From Octopus bimaculoides (Eukaryota), in assembly GCF_001194135.2 (NCBI RefSeq), contig NC_068982.1:173011192-173075191 (forward strand): 64,000 bases of DNA, in the 5' to 3' direction. Positions 13,098 through 25,097 of the stretch are shown piece after piece; position 1 is the first letter of the stretch, and every line of letters starts with the position of its first letter. The notes beneath the pieces were generated by a model. The model was not told the origin of the DNA, made no database searches, and saw only the letters and a list, made by a program, of their open reading frames with translations. The position numbers were made by a program, and so were the translations under genes.

Positions 13098-14394
13098 GGT
13101 ATGACAGACTTTAACAGACTATACTCATTTTTTTTTCTAGTGTCCCAATTGGTAAATGATACATGCGTTGTAGTTATCATCCTTGGAATTTAATAGTTAG
13201 TGATAGGTTAATGAACTCTTGGCTACAGAGAGATGAATAAAAAAATTTTAATCGGCTCTATTTCACTGTAGCAAGAGTTAAGTATTTTGCTTGTATAGTG
13301 TCTATGTGTGTTTGTGTACAGTTTAGATTGACATCCTTTCTTCCTAAATTATCCGTTAACACGATTAATTTTAAACTAATTTTCGTTCTTGTATGTGTCT
13401 AATAAGACTGTGTGTGTGTTTGTGTGTGGTAAAGGTATGTTAACAAAATAGTGAGAGTTCCTTTCGTTGAACTCATGCTAACTTTTCATTGGAATCATTA
13501 ACTCTGGCATGTATGTTTTAGTCGTGTGTAATGAATGGTATGGTGTGTGTGTATGTGTGTGTGTGCGTGTGTGAAAGACCTAATAGCTAAAAGGAGAGAA
13601 TAAAAAAAGAACAAAATTAATGAATGGTTGTTGGTCTTTGTTTCTGTTATATTTTTATCACTGATTCTTTATTTTATGCTCTTCCCCTGCTTATTAAAAA
13701 AGTAGAACTGGAACTTAAGGTTGGTCATTACTGGCTGAAACGAACTCACTCACCTGTCTGCTTTCACGTTTTTTTTCTTCTCGTTTTTACTTTTTCCCTC
13801 CTCTCTTCTGGTTTAAGTTGTTATAAACTTTGGTCTTTCTATTAGGCGATTTTTCCTTTAGTTTTTTTTATTATTATTTATGTTTGCATCTTTTCTCTCA
13901 TACACTCAACCGAACAATATTTTTTTTTGGCCTTCTACTTCGTGTGTGTGTGTGTGTGCATCTGTATGTATACGCGTTCATACACAGCTATTAATTGCAT
14001 AAATGTGGAATGCATGTGTGTGTAAGCGTACGCATATATATGTGTATAATACACATTTATGCACACATGCATATTTATATATTTGTGTAAATACATGTTT
14101 GTGTGTGCGCGCGCGTAATGTGTATACATGCATACATACACGCGTGCGTAACAATTGATATGGCTTCTGTATTTTGTTTCTTTTTTTTCATTCTATATTT
14201 CTTTCTAATTTTCTCATGCACTTAACTGTATGAACATAGAACTTTCTGTGGAATAGGTGAAACTAAATTCTCTTTCGTTCCTTGCTTTTACAATAAAAGT
14301 AAAGCTGTATAAATCTGTACCTTCTGTGAAATTATCATTTTAACCACACTGTCTTAACCATATAACCATACCTACATCATTTGTGATGCCTTTA

Positions 14395-14730
14395 TTATTA
14401 TTGTAGTTGTTGTTCTTTTTAACTCTGGTTTTGTTGGAACTCCTGGAGTCTTGTATGCATAGCAGGCTTGCTACCTGCAGGCTACGGTACCATGTTATCC
14501 ATTCTTTTCAACCATCTAATACTTTTCTGATGATTCTGGCCATGCCAAGAAAGCGAACCTTTTGTAACAGTTCTACTGGGCACTCTATTCCCATTTTTCT
14601 TTGCATTCCTCTTGATACCTTCTGATAATGTCCCCAAAGACCCAACAATAATTAGCAGTCTTCACCTTCTTCATTTTCCACAGTTAAGTTATTTCATATT
14701 TAAAAAGGTTGTATATATCATTATCATTAT
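14395..14730 (-). mobile_element. 5'-truncated R4/Dong-clade (RLE) non-LTR retrotransposon 3' end, copy 1
   Basis: Minus strand reads EIT*LWKMKKVK..IIVGSLGTLS then, after a frameshift, MGIECPVELLQKVRFLGMARIIRKVLDG* (stop 14508-14510), matching the RLE C-terminal IVGxLG and LQKxxLLGTAxILRKVL motifs. Flanked by ATT repeats. Confidence 0.75.
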
Positions 14731-15459
14731 TTGTTTTGTGGAGTAAGGTGGACAAGAACCTTGCCTATCACAAACTTCTATTTTAATAACATTATAAAAA
14801 CATACTTATCAATCAACTGACAGTGTGTATGATAAAATGGGATACAGAACTGAACGTAAGCCATATGTGACTCCAAAGGATCACATGGGTAACTTTGCAA
14901 CTCCACCCTCCATAAATGCCAACTGGTAAAAATCTTCAAAAGTTTAATATATAATGCATTTTAACTAGCTTCAGCTCTAAAAGTAAGCATACTACTTGGG
15001 GAGAGGGGGGAGGGAAATAGATAAACGCTCTATTATCAACTAGTTCAGGGAGTCAGTGAGGTAACTTGTGCACTGTTGCTCAGCTTGTTAGATAATCATC
15101 ATCGTTTAACGTCCGCTTTCCCTCCACACCTGATTATCTTAAAAAAGGAAAATTGTAAGGTCACAAGTAGGGTGCCTTCACTCATTAATCCACACTTTTG
15201 CTAGTTTCAGCTCAAGGGCTGTGGCCATGCTGGGACACTGCCACTAAATGTGATATTCTTTGATCTATGAGCAGTTCATCAAAACTTTCCGCACAAAAGT
15301 ATTGTAGAGACTCAGTTCTCTGAGGGACAATGAAATAGGTTTGAGTTACTTTTAAGTAAAGAAGGAAAATGAACTGTTGAGAAGCTGCTGTTATGTGTAT
15401 GGAGCATATGTGTGTGCGTGTCCCTTCTGTACATAGTTGAATAAACATTTGACGATGTA

Positions 15460-15680
15460 GACTCAGGAGGACTATATGGAGAAAATAATCTAACTATCTC
15501 TCCAGTACATATACTGTCAAGAACAAAATAACTTCAGAAACATTTCAAGAAGCTCAGCTTCAGTTATTAGGTGAAATTAACCAAACTATAGTTAACTTCC
15601 TTGATGTAATGTTGGGAATGTATGCTCTATATTTGAAACAGAAAAACAAGCTATATAAACATACATTCTCTATATTATGA
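15460..15680 (+). mobile_element. Fossil Penelope-like reverse transcriptase fragment
   Basis: GLYGENNL (15469) then, after a frameshift, KNKITSETF..QLLGEINQTIVNFLDVML (IVNFLDVML 15588-15614), resembling the PLE RT motifs GLYRDDGL and IVNFLDVTL. Confidence 0.5.
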
Positions 15681-16428
15681 AATTTAATTGTTTTGTAACT
15701 CCAGATCAGCTCTGACTGTTCAGATCTATGGACATGTTGCTGACAGAATGACTTTATGTCCAGATATGACAAACCTTTGTCTTGTTGGTCTACTTACACA
15801 TTCTGACTTGCAGAGGTTATTTATTCCCAGATCAGCTCTCTGGTCTAAGACACTCTATCTATGACCATGCTATCATTTCAGGAGTGTCTCAGAACAACAT
15901 TATGTAATGTATACTTAAAATTATATAGTGAGATTTGACGAAAATTTAACTGTTATTTCTAGTAGATGTCTTTTGCTAGCTTATAGAGATCCTTCTTCTA
16001 TTGAAGAAGTACCAAAAGGAGAATTGTATAAGACCAACAGTAGTATCATTATAGCAAAATGCACACATACATACCATGTGCCCTTCTGCAATAGATGCAA
16101 CATATGTATCTTAGCATATCTGGAAGTTGCATAATAAGCTGTTCTACTATAAAAACTGATACTCATTCACTATATTAATGACTATGGAAAATGTTTACTA
16201 CGCATGGCTGAGGTGGTTTGGGGTGTCAAGTTGAATTCAACACTGCAAGCTAATGGGAAACATTCATTGATCTTGCAGTATTGCTGCTCTGTTGCGCCAC
16301 GCTCAATGAGCTAGGTCATAAGAGAGTTAAGTGCCTTGGCTACAGACGCAACATGTTGGTGACAGGATATTGATTGGGTATATGGTACTCTGGTCACTCA
16401 GCAATTCTACACACACTGATATAATTAT

Positions 16429-16480
<52 letters not shown>

Positions 16481-17249
16481 ACATAAAGGCAGACAAAATA
16501 TCAAGACTTCAAAATGTGTATTGATTGATGGACGAAAAGAATATGTTGCATATGAAAGCACATTTATTGTTTATTAAGTTTGTTTCCAAATCAATAATTA
16601 GGGTTGCGTCCTTGATAGTTTTGTCAACACAGAATGACAACCTTGCAATTGATCATATTCAAAAGCTTTTTTGGGGATACTTATAAGAAGTGGGCTATGT
16701 AAGTTGCTGCATATCTTACCATTACTTAGATAATTTTCTGAATAAAGCAGAGTATGGTCACAGATGGTTTTGGTGTGATGAATTTTTATCAGGTAAAATG
16801 TTTTGCAGCACAGCTTGTTGACTCAGCTTTGTAGCATGTGAATGAATATGCTATAAACATTAAATGTTTACATATATTAAACTGGGTGATACAGCATTTC
16901 TAGCAACTTTACTATTTCCCAAACTCTGCTTTACTTAACTGACACAGTTTGGGCATTTTTTCAATACATCTTTAATGATTTGGCTTAAGCATTGTGATAC
17001 TAACAACCCATTATTAGAGGTCAGTGTCCTTACACTTTGTAAAGTGTACAGAGTATGATATCAATAAAAGAATGATGAGAGAACAGGAGTTATCTAATCA
17101 TGTTCATTAACTTACACCTGTTTCTGTTATAAGTAAGTGTTCTCAGAGCTGAGTGCTTGTGCAACATCCCTTGGTGCTGGACATCTTTTTTCTGCTATTA
17201 ATACTTTTATACTTTTTAGCACTATACACCTATACAAGATGCTTTCTCA

Positions 17250-17800
17250 AGATGGGTACCTCATCATCATTCACTTCACTGTACTTACTCAGGCCTTTTC
17301 CACCATCATCATTTTTACATCCATTGTCCCATGCTAGCACATTTTCAACACATTGTATCACCATTTATTAAATTCATTTATTGTCTCATTTGTGAAGTTT
17401 GGTATTCTGCGATCCACTTTTATCTCTTCTATCTATGTCTCCCTCTCTTTTGCTTTGTAGTTTCTTTCCTATTACATGTCATGCCTCTATTTCACCTGTC
17501 TATTATCTTTGCTATGTAATCACATGTCCATACCAATGTAGTCTTCATTTTTGCACATTACCATTTATTTCTCTTATTACTGGTTTATCTCACTGATCCT
17601 CTGAACCATGCTGTTCAAGCAACCAGTGGAGCGAGTTTTCTTCATTTTCCTCCAATTTACATATCCTCTATATTTACTTAGGGCTGAACTTGCTTTTTCT
17701 TTTTCCATACTTACATATTTCATCACATTCCCTGTGAATGCTTTGATCACTTCTCTGTCTCACTCAGCCAAATGTGCTCTAACCCAGTGCCAAGTCTGTA
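17250..17800 (-). mobile_element. Fossil RTE LINE 3' end joined to a family-C tail
   Basis: Minus strand reads VQK*RLHWYGHVIT (17521-17560 region; RTE motif RLRWYGHV), continuing into ...gctagcatgggacaatggatgtaaaaatgatgatg, the C-type tail. Confidence 0.65.
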
Positions 17801-18129
17801 GTTTTGAGCGGGTGAGGGACAAATTTGTTTCTCAAAGGGGAGCTAGGATATTTATTTTATACCTAACTTTCCTTGTAGGAGGAATTAAACTTCATTTTGT
17901 TGGTTATCCAAGTAAATATCTGTTCATTCTACAGTACTGCCATTGTTTGTAGAAATGGACTTTATATAACACTCTGTGGTACCTACATAGAATTAAATGA
18001 ACATAACTGTTGAGAAATCATGTTCCTTTGACACAGTCAATTGACATATGAGTTGCAGATACTTTAGCTGGTTGTTCAGTACCCTATTAAAGTTTGTACA
18101 AAAGGAAAATGATAATAATAATAATAATA

Positions 18130-18380
18130 GAGGTAACTTGAATGTGGAATCTAAAAACAGAAACAATTCCTATCATAGTAGGTGCCTTAGGTATAATAAA
18201 AAAAATATTCAGACATATATAACATACAGAAAATTGCACTACTGGGCACTGCACACATCCTACGCAAAACACTTTCAATACAGTAACCATAAGAGCATCA
18301 CAGCAAACCACAGCACATACCCAAGGCGCACAGAGCTGCGCTCGGTAGTGAAGCGAAAGCACGTTATAAAAATAAAACTA

Positions 18381-18385
<5 letters not shown>
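18130..18385 (+). mobile_element. 5'-truncated R4/Dong-clade (RLE) retrotransposon 3' end, copy 2
   Basis: EVT*MWNLKTETIPIIVGALGIIKK (18130-18204) then, after a +1 shift, QKIALLGTAHILRKTLSIQ* (18227-18286). About 100-nt 3'UTR; (AAT)n on both sides. Confidence 0.85.
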
Positions 18386-18415
<30 letters not shown>

Positions 18416-19220
18416 TAATAATAAATGGCAGTCACTGCTGCAAGGTTTGAACCTTTGTCACTTTGGTTACCTGGCTAGGAGTGTTAAATGTGTGATCTAG
18501 TACTGTGCTCATGACTTGTGTAAGTGCTGGATTTTATCCCCTCCTTTCTCACCTAAGTAATGGAATGCCACCTTAATTAGTGCTCTGCTAAGTTCATTAG
18601 GAGCTGAATTAGGACTTTGCCTCCCATAAACTTCCTTCTCTCCTCCTCTTAGACAAACATGTGCTGTCTCACACGCACACACGCACTCACACATTCTCCT
18701 CTCTTCCCCCTCTCTCTCTCTCTCTTTGTGTTACTGTCAAGCCCCCACCACCACCACCACCACCGTATCTCTTTGCCATTATAACTATCTCTCTTTTTCT
18801 GTCTGTCTCCTTTCTTCTTCTTCTGTTAGGTGAAGTATTTATCCATGTATAAGCATTTATGTATGAATAATTGTATGACAGTGAGAATAAAACCAGCTTG
18901 ATGAATATCCAAAGGAAATCCTTAGGTTTTTTTATTTTTTTTTATCATTGGCAGGGTAGTAATGGTAGTAGAAATCTTTTTTCTTTTTGCTTGTTTGTTT
19001 GTTTGTTACTGTAATAGTTGTAATGGTAGTTGAGGTGGTGGTGGTGGTGGTGGTGATAGTAAAAATAGAAAACAGTGTCCAGAGACTTTCAGTTGCATAA
19101 GTTTCTTTTCACAGCTACTCATTTGCAAAGATACGCACACACTTGGCTAGATGCCACTAATCTATGCAGTTAATTCCAAAGAACTAATAAAGACACAGAC
19201 TTGTGCATGGACTTATACAA

Positions 19221-19260
<40 letters not shown>

Positions 19261-20322
19261 NNNNNNNNNNNNNNNNNNNNNNNNNNNNNNNNNNNNNNNN
19301 NNNNNNNNNNNNNNNNNNNNNNNNNNNNNNNNNNNNNNNNNNNNNNNNNNNNNNNNNNNNNNNNNNNNNNNNNNNNNNNNNNNNNNNNNNNNNNNNNNNN
19401 NNNNNNNNNNNNNNNNNTAATACAAAGAATATATATACATGTATACACACATATATGTACATACTTACATCTACATGTGTATATAGATGCATATCAGGGT
19501 ACAGGATGTTAGAACAATGAACTACAGACAACGGAACGAACACATAGGAAAACAGAAAGCCACTTGGAATATTCCTTCATCAGCTGTCTCTATTCTAACC
19601 TGACGTTTCGAAGATAATATATATATATATACACACACACACTCAATATATGAACCTGTACTCATTCACTCAAGGTTTTAGATAAATCATTCATTTTAAC
19701 TATATCTCTTCTCTCTCTCCTCCTCCTTTCTTCACTCTTCATTCTGCCTATTACCCTCTCTTTTTCCTCTTCTCCCTCCCACCACTTTTTGATTTTTTAA
19801 ACCTTTACAAGCATTTGAAAGAAACTTTTGTTTATTTAGTTTTGAAAAAAGAATTTCTGGAAGCTTGATCTCAGAAGCCATAGCTTTAGTTACTGGCTAA
19901 AAACAGGGAATATCAAGTTTCTACACTAACATGTGATTGATCTATAAGACAATAATATCTGATAAGGGAACTGAAATTTTGAAATGGTTATTGGCATCAT
20001 TTTGGTGGAATTCACAGTAAGCTGGTTGATCCTTTTGCTCTCTTCTGTATCCATAGAGGCAGTTGGTACTTACCTTCAGAATTCAATATTGCAATAATTC
20101 CAAACCGAAATCCAAATGAATGAGACTGTGCTAAAAACAATCGCCCCAAGGTGAAGAAGAGTAACTCCAAAAAATTAGTCAAAGTATCAAAAGATGTCAC
20201 CTAATTGAGTCAATAAAGTGTTACATGATCGGATGAATAGGTGAAAGCTATATGATAAATGATGTGGGAGTAGGAAGACATCATGTGATAGAATCATGTC
20301 ACATGATTGGATGAATAATAAT

Positions 20323-20710
20323 GTTGTTGTTGGCACTCCGTCGCTTACGACGTCGAGGGTTCCAGTCGATCCGATCAATGGAACAGCCTGCTTGTGAAAT
20401 TAACGTGCAAGTGGCTGAGTACTCCACAGACACGGGTACCCTTAACGTAGTTCTCGGGGATATTCAGCGTGACACAGTGTGACAAGGCTGACCCTTTGAA
20501 TTACAGGCACAACAGAAACAGGAAGTAAGAGTGAGAGAAAGTTGTGGTGAAAGAGTACAGCAGGGTTTGCCACCATCCCCTGCCAGAGCTTCGTGGCGGT
20601 TTTAGATGCTTTCGCTCAATAAACACTCACAACGCCCGGTCTGGGAATCAAAACCGCGATCTTATGACCGCGAGTCCGCTGCCCTAACCACTGGGCCATT
20701 GCGCCTCCAC
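20323..20710 (-). mobile_element. Full-length young tRNA-derived SINE, family E, with (AAC)n tail
   Basis: Minus strand shows A box TGGCCCAGTGG and B box GGTTTTGATTCCC, CpG-rich body; flanked by a 96-bp direct duplication. Confidence 0.85.
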
Positions 20711-21515
20711 GATTGGATGAATAGGTGCAAGCTATATGATAAATGATGTGGGAGTAGGAAAACATCACGTGATAGAATCATGTCACATGATTGGATGAAT
20801 AATAATAGACAATAAATAATGTTTTATGTTGAGACAACTAGGGTTGTCTCTTTTGACATAATATCAAATGAAGGAACTGAAATCTTGAAATGGTTATTGG
20901 CATCATTTTGAGAGGATTCAGTAAGTTGATTTGTCCTTTTGCACACTTTCATGTCCAACTGGAACAGTTGGTACTTAGCTTCAGAATTCAATGGACTGGA
21001 AGTTACACTCCTGGATGGTACACTAGCCTTTTGCAAGTGACTAATATCACGCCACCACTGCCAGCTAATTTACGGTTCAAGCACACATACATACGTACCT
21101 TTACTTTGCACTTATATTCCATTTTATGGTCTAATACTATTGGCTATCACTAGCACTATAAAGTCAGGACCCACATCTTGATTGTTAGCCCCCTGGATGT
21201 TATTTCAGCCTTCCGTTCTTATTTTATGTGGCTGTTTGTGATCATTTCCTTTATATTTAGGATATAACCCTTTTGGGACTATATTCTTAATCATTTGTAT
21301 TCCCTTCTAGTTTCAACCAGAGGGTTCAGGTTATGCTGGACCATTTGCCAGTGTTTCAGTTAATGTTGATAATTTTTAAGAATTTGGAGAGGAGTTAAAG
21401 GAAACTAGCTCTTTCATGATGAAGTTTCACATGGAGCAAGACAGATGTTTCAAAGCTTAAGATATGATGGGAAGTTTTAAATCCAGATGTATGAAGTTTT
21501 TTTATTTTTTTTATT

Positions 21516-21978
21516 TTTTACTCTTTTTATTCTTTTACTTGTTTCAGTCATTTGACTGCAGCCATGCTGGAGCAGTGCCTTTTAGTCGAGCAAATCGACC
21601 CTAGGACTTATTCTTTGTAAGCCTAGTACTTATTCTATCGGTATCTTTTGCCGAACCGCTAAGTTACGGGGACGTAAAAACACCAACATCGGTTGTCAAG
21701 CGATGTTAGTGGGGGGACAAACACAGACACACAAACATACNNNNNNNNNNNNNNNNNNNNNNNNNNNNNNNNNNNNNNNNNNNNNNNNNNNNNNNNNNNN
21801 NNNNNNNNNNNNNNNNNNNNNNNNNNNNNNNNNNNNNNNNNNNNNNNNNNNNNNNNNNNNNNNNNNNNNNNNNNNNNNNNNNNNNNNNNNNNNNNNNNNN
21901 NNNNNNNNNNNNNNNNNNNNNNNNNNNNNNNNNNNNNNNNNNNNNNNNNNNNNNNNNNNNNNNNNNNNNNNNNNNNNN

Positions 21979-22010
<32 letters not shown>

Positions 22011-22171
22011 GTATATATACGACGGGCTTCTTTCAGTTTCCATCTACCAAATCCACTTACAAGGCTTTGGTCGGCCCGACGCTATTGTAGAAGACACTTG
22101 CCCAAGGTGCCACGCAGTGGGACTGAACCCGGAACCATGTGGTTGGTAAGCAAGCTACTTACCACACAGCC
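21516..22171 (-). mobile_element. SINE family A (tRNA head, CORE-like ggcaccttgggcaagtgtctt, internal TA/TG microsatellite), full length
   Basis: Complete head and tail matching the copies at 38281 and 40322; an N-gap replaces the internal microsatellite. CORE/OR2 affinity is recalled and needs a Dfam check. Confidence 0.85.
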
Positions 22172-22741
22172 TAGAACTAGTTTTAGATGGGTTGTTATTT
22201 AAAGGATGAAATTTTCCAGTTATATTATTAGAATTGCTGTCCTCTCACAGCTGAACATGTCAAGTAAATTGAAATTTTTAAATAAATAAGATATATAGAT
22301 GTGCTGACTCACATAAACATACTCCTCATGATAAGTGTTGACTATTCTCTTTGCTTGTAACTAGAGTAATAATCCATATTCAGTTTGATATTGTATTCCT
22401 TTATTCTTTTGCTGGTTTCAGCCAAACTGGCCATCCTGGGGTACCATTAGTAAGAGTGTTAACTGATCATGTTAACACCATTACTTATTTCAGTTTCGTA
22501 CTTATTTTATCAAAGCACTAAGTTACAGATTTGACATAGCTTGGAGCCCTTTTACACCAGTAAGCATGAATACAAACACAGGCAGATACACACACACACA
22601 CACATTACAAAACAGGCTTCTACCCAGTTCATATACCAAATTCCACTCAAAGCATTGGTCACCTTGAGGCTAAAATGGAAGATGCTCAATATGCTACACA
22701 GTGGCATCAAACTGAATTAAATTGTCACAAAGCAAACCTCT

Positions 22742-22779
<38 letters not shown>

Positions 22780-23572
22780 GATGCATCCTGCTCTGCAGAA
22801 CACTCCCTTCATCAGCTGTCAACTCCAGATTACAGTTATTTTAGCCTTTTTCAAATGTATCACTTCCAGCAGCACTGACCTGTATGGATTCTGCCCTATA
22901 GTATTGTTTTTCTTTTTCACCATCATCCATGCAGCCACTCCACTGAATTAAGTGCAGTTCTATCCACTCTGTAATGGTCTTTCTCTCACATCTGCTGTGG
23001 ATATTGGGAACTCAACTACCAAGAATATCCAAGGGAGATATGAAGATGCTGGTAAATTGAGGCCTTAAAACTTGCTAGGAAGAACTGTCTACTACAGATA
23101 TCTAGGCTTCCAATTTCTTGTTAGTCTCATGGATGGATGACATTTTTGTCAGGCTACTTACTATTAAATAGGGTAGGATAATTATCATGCGAATGCTGTA
23201 AAAACCCTATCGAGACAGTGAAGCCTGATGCAGTCTTCTATCTTAGCTAGTCCCTCTGACACTGTCCAACCCATGCCAGCATGGAAAATGGATGTTAAAT
23301 GATGTTGTTGATGATGATGATGTCTTCTGAGACAAAATAGATGTCTATGACTGTCCTTTACTTTAATGACATCTCAGTTTTAGAAAACACTTGAAATTGT
23401 TTCCACTTGTCTCCTATGAAGCTGATCTCAATTGCCATTTCATAATTATGACATAATTTTTAGAGATGGAGCTAACTTTCAATAAATCAAGAATTTATGC
23501 TGTATGGTATTTGATATACCTGTATTTGTCTACATTGCTACTATATAACACTATTGGCCACGGGCCACTCTA

Positions 23573-23796
23573 TCAAGTGGTTGGCATTAGGAAGGGCATT
23601 CAGCCGTAAAAACCATGACCTCACTGGTGCACTCAGTCCACTCTGCAAGGCGGTTGGTGTTAGGAAGGGCATCTAGCCATAAAAATCATTCCAAAACAGA
23701 CAGTGAGGCCTGGTGCAAACTTCTGGCTTGCCAACTCCTGTCAGACCATCCAACCCATACCAGCATGGAAAACAGATGTTAAATGATGATGATGAC
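23573..23796 (+). mobile_element. Family C element with duplicated ttaggaagggcat motif
   Basis: Two ggttgg..ttaggaagggcat..agcc.taaaaa units, then ccaacccataccagcatggaaaacagatgttaaatgatgatgat. Confidence 0.7.
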
Positions 23797-23877
23797 ATAG
23801 ATATATATATTTATAAGAATGAGAAAGCTACAATTTTGTCTTTACTGCATATTTCTGAGTATTTATGTATCATTGGG

Positions 23878-23924
<47 letters not shown>

Positions 23925-24896
23925 CTCCTTTTGTGTGTGCGTGTAGCTTTGTCTATATTAGTTGGAATGCTATTGATGCTTTACAGGTTGGCAAACGTTT
24001 TCAATGGGATATAAAGGTAATCCCATTAAAGTGTGGAGAAGAAGAGATTAATTATAGTGTGTTTATTAACCATGTGCACACACACACACACACACAGGCT
24101 TATGCAAAGTGTATATGAGCATATGTACATTTTATATATATATGTGTGTGTGTATTTATATATGTATGTGTGTGTATGTACTTATGTATGTGCATATATG
24201 TTTGTCCAACCCATGCCAGCATGGAAAATGGACATTAAATGATGATGTTTGTATCCGTGTGTGTATATAAACACACATCTTACATTCAAGTTTAGAAATG
24301 GCTGGAAATGCATGGATTTTCTCGGCAAAGAAGGTTAAGCTGACTCAGTGGTGAACAGGCAGTGGGCATGAGGTGAGTGCTCTGGCAAGGTTCCCCTAAA
24401 AATAAGTAAACATAAAACTAAGGTCCTCCCTTGTGAGGGATGTTGCTAGTCATATGTTTAACAAGAAGGGCTCCAGTTTATCATTAAAATAATATGATAT
24501 ATATGCAAACAGATACAGATAAGGTAGCTATCTGATCTCTTGGTTTGGGTTCACATGTTCAATATATTCTGTAATACCCCAATCATCACTCAGTAAATTG
24601 CCGAGTGTACTCTGCCAAGGTCCTTGAAAAGGGGGGTTTTTTTCTTTTCTTTTTCTCTGTCAAGTATATGAAACTTAGTCCATTGCCTCCCATCTGATAC
24701 TAACTAAACATATTAATGTGATTCTTCCTACTGTAACAATCCATGAGGGAGGGTTTCTTGTTTCTTTTGTCTATTAGCTTCAAAAGTATCACTTTTGCTC
24801 TAGTAATTAAACCATAGGGAAAAAAAACATGGCCAATCTCTTGAACAGTTAAACAAACTGGAGGCAATGAGGTGTGCATGAAAGAAAGTCACTGCC

Positions 24897-25097
24897 TTAA
24901 CCTTTTAGCATTCAAATTATTCTGTTAAATGTGAAACTTATATAGTCACATTGTTTTTTTTAATTAACCCATGCATTATCTCCTAGCTTTGAGATTTTGA
25001 TGATGTAATTATTTAATTTTAGAGAACATTGTTTGGGTAGGTGTGACTTTAAACAGGTAGATTATTTGGGCTGGATGTGGTTGGTTTAAAGGGTTTA
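24897..25097. mobile_element. Possible piggyBac-type MITE remnant
   Basis: Starts TTAA|CCTTTTAGCATT and ends ...TTTAAAGGG|TTTA, i.e. degenerate CCCTTT-type terminal inverted repeats (TIRs) at a TTAA-like site. Confidence 0.4.
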
